Shown piece after piece: positions 8,249-16,609 of a stretch of DNA of 32,000 nucleotides (the stretch's first letter is position 1; each line of letters starts with the position of its first letter). Under the pieces are notes generated by a model. It was not told the origin of the DNA. It worked only from the letters and a program-made list of their open reading frames with translations, and searched no databases. The DNA comes from Acinetobacter wanghuae (GTDB lineage Bacteria; Pseudomonadota; Gammaproteobacteria; Pseudomonadales; Moraxellaceae). A program made the position numbers and the translations under genes. The stretch covers positions 2,340,001 to 2,372,000 of the forward strand of contig NZ_CP045650.1 of NCBI RefSeq assembly GCF_009557235.1. The letters run 5' to 3'.

Positions 8249-9280
8249 TTAATCAAAGAGCTCATCAAGTTCTGATGCGTTATCTGATTCATCCCAGAAC
8301 CTTTGCATACCGTCGTCTGCACTACGCACACCCGTATGTTCAGTCCAATAACGATCCGCAATACCACCCACCATCATTGAAGCCATGCTATCAATCAGTT
8401 TAAATTGTGGGTTAATCGGCTTTTCATCGCTACGTGCATCAGCAAAAGTTTTTAAAGCATCGCGAATTTTGGCATCATCACCGCTCGCTTGCGCTGCAAC
8501 CGCATATAAGGCATGAGATAAACGCACACCCTTCTGCTCACCAATTTGGGTCGATTGCTTCAAGGTCTGATAAGGATCAGGTTTACCTTCGCCAGCGCCC
8601 GGCAATAAAGTCCAGATTACCGCACGTGTAGCATTTGGAGCACCCCAGAATTTAGCATTGTCTAGGCAGCTCATACCACGCTCAACCACAGCGGCAATAT
8701 CTTTAGGCACATTCACTGCACCGCCTGAGTTAATATCATTGGTCATGGCTTGTAGACCACTCAACATCCCCAGTAAATAAACGGTTTGCTCAATGTCACC
8801 ATTCATGCGTGCGCATTCTTCGCCCAGTGGTTTTTTATATTTCTTTTCATAGCGAGTTTGGAATAACTGATAACCCGTATATTGACGCTGTGCTGCCAAT
8901 GCCGCCCAACGTTTCTGTTCAATACGCGCATCTTGTGCTTCTGAGACTTTATTTTCTTTTGAGGCACGCATATAACGTAATTCAGCATCCAATGCTTTTT
9001 GTTCTGCACAAATGCCTGCTGCTGAATACATGAGCACTGCTACGCGGGTTGGATCTGCGCCCATGTCTTTCGTTGCCATAATGGCAGGCGTCAATGAGTT
9101 ACCCGAGTTACACACCATTTCAGCATCTTCCATCGCTAAAATAGGCGGAACGATATGATTTTCTGTAAAACCCAGTGCAACATTGGCACCTGTTTTAATG
9201 ACTTGTGAACATCCTGTTAGTACTGTCGTTGTTATTGCAATTGCAGCCATGCCTTGGCAAAGTTTCTGGACGCTCGACAT
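8249..9280 (-). CDS. Uncharacterised lipoprotein (343 aa)
   Basis: The start is placed at the ATG at 9280 (GGACAGGAAA upstream). MSSVQKLCQGMAAIAITTTVLTGC is a signal peptide with an LTGC lipobox. The mature part looks helix-rich, has 4 further Cys and ends in an acidic tail. The upstream 63 codons of the track ORF (9281-9469) have no signal and look non-coding. Confidence 0.7.
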   Translation of the reverse strand: MSSVQKLCQGMAAIAITTTVLTGCSQVIKTGANVALGFTENHIVPPILAMEDAEMVCNSGNSLTPAIMATKDMGADPTRVAVLMYSAAGICAEQKALDAELRYMRASKENKVSEAQDARIEQKRWAALAAQRQYTGYQLFQTRYEKKYKKPLGEECARMNGDIEQTVYLLGMLSGLQAMTNDINSGGAVNVPKDIAAVVERGMSCLDNAKFWGAPNATRAVIWTLLPGAGEGKPDPYQTLKQSTQIGEQKGVRLSHALYAVAAQASGDDAKIRDALKTFADARSDEKPINPQFKLIDSMASMMVGGIADRYWTEHTGVRSADDGMQRFWDESDNASELDELFD

Positions 9281-9370
9281 TTTCCTGTCCTCTATAATTG
9301 TGGTTATATCCATCCCGACAAACATATCAGAAGCTTTTTGGGAATTAAAGAGCAAATGCTCTAAATTAGA

Positions 9371-9398
9371 TGAGTCACTTTGACATTCTTTCAGAAGA
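9371..9398. repeat. Repeat module A: TGAGTCACTTT + 7 nt + TTTCAGAAGA
   Basis: Both sub-motifs recur as reverse complements at 9489-9517, in swapped order (see findings). Confidence 0.6.
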
Positions 9399-9438
9399 CT
9401 GCAATTGACCAAGGGCAAACTTTCACTAAATTTTGGGC

Positions 9439-9478
9439 AAAAAAAAGTAGCATTGCGACGGTTCAGCACATGCTACTT
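9439..9478 (-). terminator. Rho-independent terminator of the small membrane ORF
   Basis: On the minus strand: AAGTAGCAT-16 nt-ATGCTACTT followed by T8, 26 nt downstream of the small-ORF stop. Confidence 0.65.
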
Positions 9479-9488
9479 ATTAACTGAG

Positions 9489-9517
9489 AAAGTGACTCAA
9501 CACTTATTCTTCTGAAA
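9489..9517. repeat. Repeat module B: AAAGTGACTCA + 8 nt + TCTTCTGAAA (reverse complements of the module A motifs)
   Basis: Exact 11-nt and 10-nt reverse-complement matches to 9371-9381 and 9389-9398. It spans the stop codon of the small ORF. Confidence 0.6.
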
Positions 9518-9608
9518 ATTTATCCTTCAACACGGTTCCAAGTCGTCCAATGACTAGGGCCATAATAATGGCTACGATTAGAAACACCCACATTGGCAAA
9601 ACGATCAT
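9504..9608 (-). CDS. Small (34 aa) single-TM membrane protein, absent from the ORF track
   Basis: ATG at 9608 preceded by AAGGAG at 6-nt spacing. Translation MIVLPMWVFLIVAIIMALVIGRLGTVLKDKFSEE is one hydrophobic helix plus a charged tail. It has its own terminator at 9439-9478. Confidence 0.5.
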   Translation of the reverse strand: MIVLPMWVFLIVAIIMALVIGRLGTVLKDKFSEE

Positions 9609-9673
9609 ATTGATCTCCTTGGTATGCTGTTGGTAAATTCAATGTATAGATTTTAAACAAAATTTGAGCGGAT

Positions 9674-9688
9674 AATTGTCTGACAATT
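9674..9688. promoter_or_regulatory. Perfect 7-1-7 palindrome AATTGTC-T-GACAATT (candidate operator)
   Basis: Lies 66 nt upstream of the small-ORF start. A second, imperfect copy TTTTGTCTGACAATT sits at 9725-9739. The xGTC-n-GACx core resembles GntR/FadR-type operators (inference only). Confidence 0.3.
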
Positions 9689-9747
9689 TAAGCATTTCAG
9701 CATTTTTATTTATTTTTTATATCATTTTGTCTGACAATTCAGACAGA

Positions 9748-9769
9748 ACAGCAGCTCAGGTGCTGCTGT
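9748..9769 (-). terminator. Hairpin downstream of ygfX-like gene (possible terminator)
   Basis: ACAGCAGCtcaggtGCTGCTGT: 8-bp stem 39 nt after the stop at 9808. The minus-strand trailing tract is only moderately U-rich. Confidence 0.35.
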
Positions 9770-9807
9770 AAAGTATATTTTTGAGATAAATTTTTTAGGT
9801 TAGTCAA

Positions 9808-10191
9808 TTAAACCAATTTGGTCAGTACTTTCAAGGCTTTCCATTGGTGCATCGGCAGTTGATCGCACCAAATTAACAGTGGGCGCACTTTAGCATGTTG
9901 GAAATACACCACAACGTAAACTTGATGATCGATGACATGACTCACCATCACGCGCTGAGTATGTTGCTGCAAGGTGATTGACCATTCACGACCATCCAAA
10001 TGTTCAAACTGATCAATCTGTGGGCTTTTACGATAAAACAACCGATAGACCACCAAGCCTGCCACCGCACAAACAACCCACAGTACCAATGCCAATACTT
10101 GATATAGCACAAACATCAGCAACACAAAAATCAAAAGCTGAAACGCTAAGGCAAACCAACTGCGTTTCAGCTTAAAACAACGACTATCCAT
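9808..10191 (-). CDS. ygfX: YgfX (CptA)-like inner-membrane protein
   Basis: 127 aa with two adjacent TM helices after a basic N-terminus. The C-terminal LLIWCDQLPMHQWKALKVL resembles E. coli YgfX ...LWLAADSMDEAEWRDLRRIL. It lies immediately downstream of sdhE and overlaps it, as ygfY-ygfX does in E. coli. Confidence 0.65.
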   Translation of the reverse strand: MDSRCFKLKRSWFALAFQLLIFVLLMFVLYQVLALVLWVVCAVAGLVVYRLFYRKSPQIDQFEHLDGREWSITLQQHTQRVMVSHVIDHQVYVVVYFQHAKVRPLLIWCDQLPMHQWKALKVLTKLV

Positions 10192-10441
10192 GAACGTAGA
10201 ATTTCAACTTTTGAATAAATGCTTTGAGTTCAGGTCGTGGTGGCTCAGAAACTTCCATAAACCAATCCAATAAATCCGGATCTTCTTGTTCAATCAGCTC
10301 TGCAAACATTTGACGTTCGAATGGTTCTGCTGACAAATAGTAATTTCTGACATAGGGATCAAAATAAACATCCAACTCTTTTAAGCCACGACGTGCGCGA
10401 TAAATCACTTTACGTTCTTCTAAGCTGATGTCATCAGTCAT
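10184..10441 (-). CDS. sdhE: FAD assembly factor SdhE (succinate dehydrogenase assembly factor 2)
   Basis: 85 aa carrying the RGxxE motif (RARRGLKELD) and the DPDLLDW segment typical of SdhE/YgfY. Confidence 0.85.
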   Translation of the reverse strand: MTDDISLEERKVIYRARRGLKELDVYFDPYVRNYYLSAEPFERQMFAELIEQEDPDLLDWFMEVSEPPRPELKAFIQKLKFYVHG

Positions 10442-10625
10442 CTCTATTTCCCTCGTTATTAAAACAGCATTAGTTTACCTGAAGCGCTCTATCATTTTCG
10501 AGTGAATTTGAGCGAATGACAGAAAGCATCACGCTTTTTTGATTTTTGAGCATACATCTCATTGCCTGTGGCCTCTTTATCTTCTAATTTTAAAACAAGG
10601 AAAATAAAAACTTGGAACAATAACA

Positions 10626-11798
10626 ATGCAATCGACTGCCATCCGCCCTATTCTGAATATGTTACCGCGTCAGATATTCAATGAAGAACATGCGGCCTTT
10701 CGGGAAACAGTACGCAAATTTTATGAAAAAGAAGTGCTGCCTAATACGCATAAATATGAGCAACAACAGCATGTCGATCGTGAGCTCTGGCGAAAAGCCG
10801 GAGAAATGGGCTTACTCTGTGCCAATATGCCAGAAATTTATGGTGGCTCAGGAGTTGATCGCCTTTACAGTATGATTTTGATTGAAGAGCAAGCCTATGC
10901 CGGTGATTCAGCAACAGGATTTTCCTTACATTCCGATATTGTGGCCAATTACATTTTAAATTTTGGCAATGATGCACAAAAGCAATATTGGCTTCCAAAA
11001 ATGGCAAGCGGTGACATCATTACCGCGATTGCAATGACTGAACCGGGCACAGGATCTGATTTACAAGCGGTACGTACGACTGCCGTTTTAGATGGTGATG
11101 ACTATGTGATTAATGGTTCCAAAATTTTTATCACCAATGGCTATTTGTGCGATATGGCGATTGTGGTGTGTAAAACAGGTGACAGCGAAAAAGGTTCAGC
11201 CAATCTCTCTTTAATTATGGTGGAAGCTGATCGCATGGGATTCAGTAAAGGCAAACCGCTCAATAAAATTGGTATGAAAGGACAGGATACCTGCGAATTA
11301 TTTTTCGATGATGTCCGTGTACCCAAAGAAAATTTGCTGGGTGCAGAAGGTCTCGGCTTTATGATGCTAATGAAAGAATTGGCTTGGGAACGTATGCTCG
11401 TCGCAATTATTTGCCAAGCTGGCGCAGAAGCGGCTTTTGCCCACACGGTGAAATACACCAAAGAACGTCAAGCATTTGGCAAAGCCATTGTGCAGTTCCA
11501 AAATACTCGTTTTAAACTGGCTGAATTACGCACCGAGATTGATATTTGCCGTGCTTACTTAGATCATTGTATGCAACTGGAAATCAATCATGAATTAGGC
11601 ATCGATGCTGCGGCAGCGGCAAAATATAAAATCTCTGATTTATATTCTAAAGTTGTGGATGAGTGCTTACAACTACATGGCGGCTACGGTTATATGATGG
11701 AATACCCGATCGCACGCGCTTATATCGATCATCGTGCAAATCGCATTTATGCAGGCACCAACGAAATTATGAAAGAACTGATTTCACGTACGCTTTAA
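10626..11798 (+). CDS. Acyl-CoA dehydrogenase
   Basis: 390 aa with both ACAD signatures: AMTEPGTGSDL and QLHGGYGYMMEYPIARAYID. The C-terminal IYAGTNEIMKELISR is also typical. Start uncertain (Met1 or Met12). Confidence 0.9.
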   Translation: MQSTAIRPILNMLPRQIFNEEHAAFRETVRKFYEKEVLPNTHKYEQQQHVDRELWRKAGEMGLLCANMPEIYGGSGVDRLYSMILIEEQAYAGDSATGFSLHSDIVANYILNFGNDAQKQYWLPKMASGDIITAIAMTEPGTGSDLQAVRTTAVLDGDDYVINGSKIFITNGYLCDMAIVVCKTGDSEKGSANLSLIMVEADRMGFSKGKPLNKIGMKGQDTCELFFDDVRVPKENLLGAEGLGFMMLMKELAWERMLVAIICQAGAEAAFAHTVKYTKERQAFGKAIVQFQNTRFKLAELRTEIDICRAYLDHCMQLEINHELGIDAAAAAKYKISDLYSKVVDECLQLHGGYGYMMEYPIARAYIDHRANRIYAGTNEIMKELISRTL

Positions 11799-11807
11799 AA
11801 GTGAAAT

Positions 11808-11837
11808 AAAAAAAGGAGCATCGATATGCTCCTTTTT
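11808..11837. terminator. Bidirectional rho-independent terminator
   Basis: aaaaaaaGGAGCATcgatATGCTCCttttt between the convergent ACAD (stop 11798) and monooxygenase (stop 11849). Confidence 0.7.
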
Positions 11838-11848
11838 ATCATCATCTA

Positions 11849-13354
11849 TTATGAAACGAGGCGTGGTTTCACATTGCTTGCTTCAGACTTTTTCTTAAAA
11901 TGTAGTACGCCATCTTCAAACGAGGCATTTTTCAGTTCTTTACGATCTGCCAAATAGTTGTTGGTGACTTTCCACGGGGCACTCTTACCTTGTTTCGGCA
12001 TAACATTCGCTGCACGCGCAATATAGCCTGAAGTTAAACTGCCCATAACGGTGTCTTCCATGAGCTCAGCAGCATTGCCTTCAGGAATCACCTCAGCATA
12101 GCCTTTTTGGTCCATATAATTCATTAAGCGGCAAATATATTCAGCCGCAATATCGACTTTCAATGTCCACGATGCGTTGATATAACCAATGATCAATGCC
12201 ATGTTAGGCACATCACTGACCATAACACCCTTATAAAGCATGTGTTTTGAAGTATCTAAGGGTTTACCGTCAAGCGTCGCTTTAATGCCACCCAAGATTT
12301 GAATATTCAGACCCGTTGCGGAAACGATAATGTCAGCATCCAAATGTTGACCAGATTTTAGTTGAATACCGGTTTCAGTGAATTTTTCAATTTGATCGGT
12401 TGCAACTGAAGCACGACCTTCGCGTAAGATTTTGAATAAATCACCATCTGGCACGACACATAAACGCTGATCCCAAGGCTCATAGTTCGGAGTAAAGTGT
12501 TTCATATCCACTTTGCCCTTCAGTTGATATTGAACTGATTTAAGCAATAAAGATTTGAGTAATTTTGGCTGCTTTTGTGCAAGCGCATAAATACCACGTT
12601 GCATGCCAATATTACGGGCACGCGTTAACTTATATGCTAAATCTTCTGACATAAACTTACGCATTTTGTCGTAAACAAGGTCAATAGAAGGGACGGATGC
12701 AATATAAGTCGGTGAACGTTGCAGCATAGTCACATGCCCTGCACCGCCCTTAGATAAAGCAGGTACAAGCGTGATTGCAGTTGCGCCACTACCAATAATG
12801 ACAATCTTTTTACCTTGATAATTTAAATCTTCAGGCCAATGCTGCGGATGAATAAACTGACCTTTAAATGCTTTTAGATTTGGGAACTCAGGCTGGAAAC
12901 CGGCTTCATAATTATAATAACCGGTACAACCTAAAACAAAATTGGCAATCCAAGTCTGTTTTTTGCCTTGCGCATCTTCAACTTCAACCGACCATTTCTG
13001 TTTAGTCGAATCATAATTTGCGCTAACAACACGTTGTTGGAAATGAATTTTAGATTTTAAATCCAGCTCATCGACCACTTCAGCCAAATAACCCTTAATT
13101 GATGCCCCTTCTGCCAACACATTGGCTTTCTTCCACGGTTTAAAATTGAAACCGAAGGTCGACATATCAGAGTCAGAACGGATACCAGGATACTTAAATA
13201 AATCCCATGTGCCACCAATATCTTCACGACGTTCAATAATGGCAAAACTACGCTGTGGAGAATTTTTTGTAATATGTGCAGCAAGTCCAATACCTGAAAT
13301 ACCAGCACCTACAATCAGTACATCAATCTGCTTTTCCATGTTGTTTTTTTCCAT
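11849..13354 (-). CDS. FAD-dependent Baeyer-Villiger-type monooxygenase (EthA/AlmA-like)
   Basis: It has GAGISG (FAD GxGxxG), FKGQFIHPQHWP (BVMO fingerprint FxGxxxHxxxWP) and GSGATA (NADPH site). The start is ambiguous: ATG at 13354 (MEKNNMEKQ) or 13339 (MEKQIDV). The track start at 13399 is unlikely. Confidence 0.85.
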   Translation of the reverse strand: MEKNNMEKQIDVLIVGAGISGIGLAAHITKNSPQRSFAIIERREDIGGTWDLFKYPGIRSDSDMSTFGFNFKPWKKANVLAEGASIKGYLAEVVDELDLKSKIHFQQRVVSANYDSTKQKWSVEVEDAQGKKQTWIANFVLGCTGYYNYEAGFQPEFPNLKAFKGQFIHPQHWPEDLNYQGKKIVIIGSGATAITLVPALSKGGAGHVTMLQRSPTYIASVPSIDLVYDKMRKFMSEDLAYKLTRARNIGMQRGIYALAQKQPKLLKSLLLKSVQYQLKGKVDMKHFTPNYEPWDQRLCVVPDGDLFKILREGRASVATDQIEKFTETGIQLKSGQHLDADIIVSATGLNIQILGGIKATLDGKPLDTSKHMLYKGVMVSDVPNMALIIGYINASWTLKVDIAAEYICRLMNYMDQKGYAEVIPEGNAAELMEDTVMGSLTSGYIARAANVMPKQGKSAPWKVTNNYLADRKELKNASFEDGVLHFKKKSEASNVKPRLVS

Positions 13355-13493
13355 GTTTATCTTATATGTATTTATTAAAGCACAATTCTGACAATACACA
13401 ATGTCAAGTTTAAATAAAATCGTTCAAAAATTTGTCTTTTCAGGTCAATGTTTAATTCTGTCTAACAATCTATCTCTATTAAATTTAAGGCAT

Positions 13494-13524
13494 TAAAAAA
13501 GGCCGGTTTATTCAACCGACCTTT
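13494..13524 (-). terminator. Rho-independent terminator of the alpha operon (after rplQ)
   Basis: On the minus strand: AAAGGTCGGTTgaataAACCGGCCTTT followed by TTT (stem has one mismatch), 33 nt after the rplQ stop. A small hairpin AACAACtcaGTTGTT (13530-13544) precedes it. Confidence 0.6.
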
Positions 13525-13556
13525 CCGATAACAACTGAGTTGTTTTCTACACGAAA

Positions 13557-13922
13557 TTAGTTAACTTCGCGATCTACTAGCTCAACGTAAGCCATCGGTG
13601 CAGCATCACCTGCACGGAAGCCCGCTTTAAGAACACGTAGATAACCGCCGTTACGCTCTTTGTAACGAGGGCCAAGAACGGTAAATAATTTACCAACAGT
13701 TGCCGCTGAACGAGTACGAGCAAACGCTAAACGACGGTTTGCTACAGAATCGACTTTAGCTAAAGTGATTAAAGGCTCAGCAACACGACGTAATTCTTTT
13801 GCTTTAGGAACAGTAGTTTTAATTAACTCGTGTTCGAACAAAGAATTAGCCATGTTTTGGAACATCGCTTTACGATGACTGCTTGTACGGCCTAATTTCA
13901 CACCACTATTACGATGACGCAT
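13557..13922 (-). CDS. rplQ: 50S ribosomal protein L17
   Basis: [24 protein letters not shown]... is a canonical L17 N-terminus. It is the last gene of the alpha operon. Confidence 0.97.
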   Translation of the reverse strand: MRHRNSGVKLGRTSSHRKAMFQNMANSLFEHELIKTTVPKAKELRRVAEPLITLAKVDSVANRRLAFARTRSAATVGKLFTVLGPRYKERNGGYLRVLKAGFRAGDAAPMAYVELVDREVN

Positions 13923-13940
13923 GGTGATAGTCCTACTTAA

Positions 13941-14948
13941 TTAACGACTACGATAAGCAAAGCGATCGTCCATGCGGAGGCTAGCCGGTGGCCAGTTCTC
14001 TAAACGCATGCCCAATTGCAAGCCTTTCGATGCCAGAACATCTTTAATCTCAGTCAACGATTTTTTACCTAAGTTAGGAGTTTTAAGTAACTCAACTTCA
14101 GTACGTTGAACAAGATCGCCAATGTAGTAAATATTTTCTGCTTTCAAACAGTTAGCAGAACGAACAGTAAGCTCTAGATCATCTACTGGACGAAGCAAGA
14201 TTGGATCAACTTCTTCACGAGGTTCTTGAGCAACTGGTGCTTGATCTTTTTGAAGGTCAACGAAGATCGCAATTTGTTGCTGCAAAATTGTTGCAGCTTT
14301 GCGGATCGCTTCTTCAGGATCTACAGTACCGTTTGTTTCAAGATCAATGATCAATTTATCAAGGTCAGTACGTTGTTCTACACGAGCATTTTCAACTGTG
14401 TAAGACACGCGTTTGATAGGGCTATAAGAAGCATCTAACTGTAAACGACCCACTGGGCGAGTTTCGCCTTCTGGGAAACGTGAGTCAGAAGTCTCATAAC
14501 CACGGCCTTGAGAAACTTTCAGGCGCATTTTTAATGAGCCTGAAGCACTTAAAGTACCGATCAAATGTTCAGGGTTAACCACTTCAACATTATGAGGTAA
14601 ACGAAGATCAGCGGCTGTTACATCGCCAGGACCTTGTTTTTCTAATGTTAAATATGCTTCGTTTTGATCGAACAGCTTAATCGACAATCCTTTTAGGTTC
14701 AGCAAGAGCTCGACGATGTCCTGCTGCAAGCCTTCCAAAGTACTGTACTCGTGCTCAACACCCTCAATTTCAACTTCTACCACAGCAGCGCCAGGTAGAG
14801 AAGAAAGAAGGATGCGACGTAAAGCATTGCCCAGAGTATGACCAAAGCCACGCTCTAAGGGTTCTAGAATAACTTTTGCCGAGGTCCCGCTTGCCGCTTC
14901 GACCTTGATCGCTTGCGGTGTTAGAAACTCATTTGCAGTACGCGTCAT
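13941..14948 (-). CDS. rpoA: DNA-directed RNA polymerase subunit alpha
   Basis: 335 aa. [23 protein letters not shown] in the NTD, and [23 protein letters not shown] in the CTD helix-hairpin-helix. Confidence 0.97.
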   Translation of the reverse strand: MTRTANEFLTPQAIKVEAASGTSAKVILEPLERGFGHTLGNALRRILLSSLPGAAVVEVEIEGVEHEYSTLEGLQQDIVELLLNLKGLSIKLFDQNEAYLTLEKQGPGDVTAADLRLPHNVEVVNPEHLIGTLSASGSLKMRLKVSQGRGYETSDSRFPEGETRPVGRLQLDASYSPIKRVSYTVENARVEQRTDLDKLIIDLETNGTVDPEEAIRKAATILQQQIAIFVDLQKDQAPVAQEPREEVDPILLRPVDDLELTVRSANCLKAENIYYIGDLVQRTEVELLKTPNLGKKSLTEIKDVLASKGLQLGMRLENWPPASLRMDDRFAYRSR

Positions 14949-14964
14949 ATTGCTACCTCAAGGA

Positions 14965-15591
14965 TTATTTAGAATACAATTCTACAATCAAGCTTTCGTT
15001 GATTTCAGCAGGTAAATCAGAACGATCTGGTGCAGCTTTAAACGTACCTTCCAATTTAGAATGGTCAATTTCCATCCAAGAAGGAGTGCCACGTTGAGCA
15101 GCTAATTCAATTGCGTTTTTGATACGTAATTGTTGTTTAGCACCTTCGTGAACTGCAACAACGTCGCCCGCTTTAACTTGGATAGACGCGATGTTAACAC
15201 GACGACCATTTAAAGTGATTGAACGGTGAGATACAAGCTGACGAGCTTCTGCACGTGTAGAACCAAAACCCATGCGATAAACAACGTTATCAAGACGGCT
15301 TTCTAGCAATTTCAACAAGTTTTCACCTGTTGCGCCTTTAACACGAGCAGCTTCTTTATAGTAGTTACTAAATTGACGCTCTAAAACACCGTACATGCGA
15401 CGTACTTTTTGTTTTTCACGTAATTGTAGTGAGTACTCAGATTGTTTACCGCCACGAGCTCCACCATGTTGACCAGGAGCTTTAGCGTGTTTTTTAGTTT
15501 TGACGTCAAATGGTTTAACGCCAGATTTTAATTGCAGGTCTGTCCCTTCGCGGCGAGAGAGTTTGCATTTTGGACCAATATAACGAGCCAT
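14965..15591 (-). CDS. rpsD: 30S ribosomal protein S4
   Basis: [19 protein letters not shown]... is a canonical S4, 208 aa. Confidence 0.97.
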   Translation of the reverse strand: MARYIGPKCKLSRREGTDLQLKSGVKPFDVKTKKHAKAPGQHGGARGGKQSEYSLQLREKQKVRRMYGVLERQFSNYYKEAARVKGATGENLLKLLESRLDNVVYRMGFGSTRAEARQLVSHRSITLNGRRVNIASIQVKAGDVVAVHEGAKQQLRIKNAIELAAQRGTPSWMEIDHSKLEGTFKAAPDRSDLPAEINESLIVELYSK

Positions 15592-15603
15592 GAATGATTC
15601 TCC

Positions 15604-15990
15604 TTAGACGCGACGTTTTTTAGGTGGACGGCAACCGTTGTGCGGAATTGGAGTCACATCGGTAATGCTATTGATTTTATAACCCACTGCACCTAAAGCA
15701 CGAACCGCAGATTCACGACCTGGACCAGGACCTTTTACAAGGACGTCCAAGTTTTTCAAACCGTAGTCTAAAGCAGCTTTACCAGCAACTTCAGCAGCTA
15801 CCTGAGCAGCGAACGGAGTTGATTTACGTGATCCACGGAAGCCTTGTCCACCTGAAGTGGCCCAAGCCAGTGCATTACCTTGACGATCGGTAATAGTCAC
15901 AATGGTGTTATTAAAAGAAGCGTGAATGTGTGCAACACCTTCAGAGACGGTACGAGTGACCTTCTTGCGTGTGCGAGTATCTTTAGCCAT
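15604..15990 (-). CDS. rpsK: 30S ribosomal protein S11
   Basis: [31 protein letters not shown]...[13 protein letters not shown] is a canonical S11. Confidence 0.97.
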
Positions 15991-16009
15991 CTTTTAGCTT
16001 CCAGAAATC

Positions 16010-16366
16010 TTATTTCTTAATTGGTTTGCGCGGACCTTTACGGGTACGTGCGTTAGTTTTGGTGCGTTGACCGCGGACAGGCAAGCTGCGACGATGACGA
16101 AGACCGCGGTAGCAGCCTAAATCCATTAAACGTTTAATGTTCATGGAAATTTCGCGACGTAAATCACCTTCGGTCGGAACCTTAGCAATTTCTGCACGAA
16201 TCGCATCAAGCTGAGCGTCATCTAATTCACGAATCTTAGTAGTTGGAGCAATACCAGCAGCAGCTAAAATAGCTTTTGAAGTATGGCGACCGATACCAAA
16301 GATATACGTTAGAGAGATAACAGCATGCTTGTTATCCGGAATGTTTACACCGGCAATACGAGCCAT
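16010..16366 (-). CDS. rpsM: 30S ribosomal protein S13
   Basis: [26 protein letters not shown]... is a canonical S13, 118 aa. Confidence 0.97.
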   Translation of the reverse strand: MARIAGVNIPDNKHAVISLTYIFGIGRHTSKAILAAAGIAPTTKIRELDDAQLDAIRAEIAKVPTEGDLRREISMNIKRLMDLGCYRGLRHRRSLPVRGQRTKTNARTRKGPRKPIKK

Positions 16367-16402
16367 TCAATTTTCTCCAAAAAGGCAGCCGAGATAATCA
16401 AC

Positions 16403-16428
16403 CGCCCCACAAAAATCTTGAGGGGCGG
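16403..16428 (-). promoter_or_regulatory. GC hairpin in the rpmJ-rpsM spacer (spc/alpha operon junction)
   Basis: On the minus strand: CCGCCCC-13 nt-GGGGCGG followed by UUGAUUAUCU, 46 nt after the rpmJ stop and 37 nt before the rpsM start. It could be a partial terminator or part of the S4-regulated alpha-operon leader. Confidence 0.35.
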
Positions 16429-16473
16429 ATAATAACCTAATTCGCCTACTGAAATCAACAGGTCTTGATCAGA

Positions 16474-16590
16474 TTAACCTTGACGCTGCTTATGACGAGG
16501 TTCTGCGCTACAAATTACGCGGATAACCCCATTACGACGGATAACTTTGCAGCTACCACAAATTTTCTTTACAGAAGCTTGTACTTTCAT
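16474..16590 (-). CDS. rpmJ: 50S ribosomal protein L36
   Basis: Hand translation gives [38 protein letters not shown] (38 aa), near-identical in pattern to E. coli L36. It falls below the ORF-track size cutoff. Confidence 0.95.
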
Positions 16591-16609
16591 GATGAAACCT
16601 CAAGTGCGC

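Noticed and set aside
9281-9469. 63-codon N-terminal extension of the lipoprotein ORF
   Set aside because: The downstream ATG at 9280 has a good SD and begins a textbook lipoprotein signal peptide. The extension would bury that signal peptide and has no coding character.
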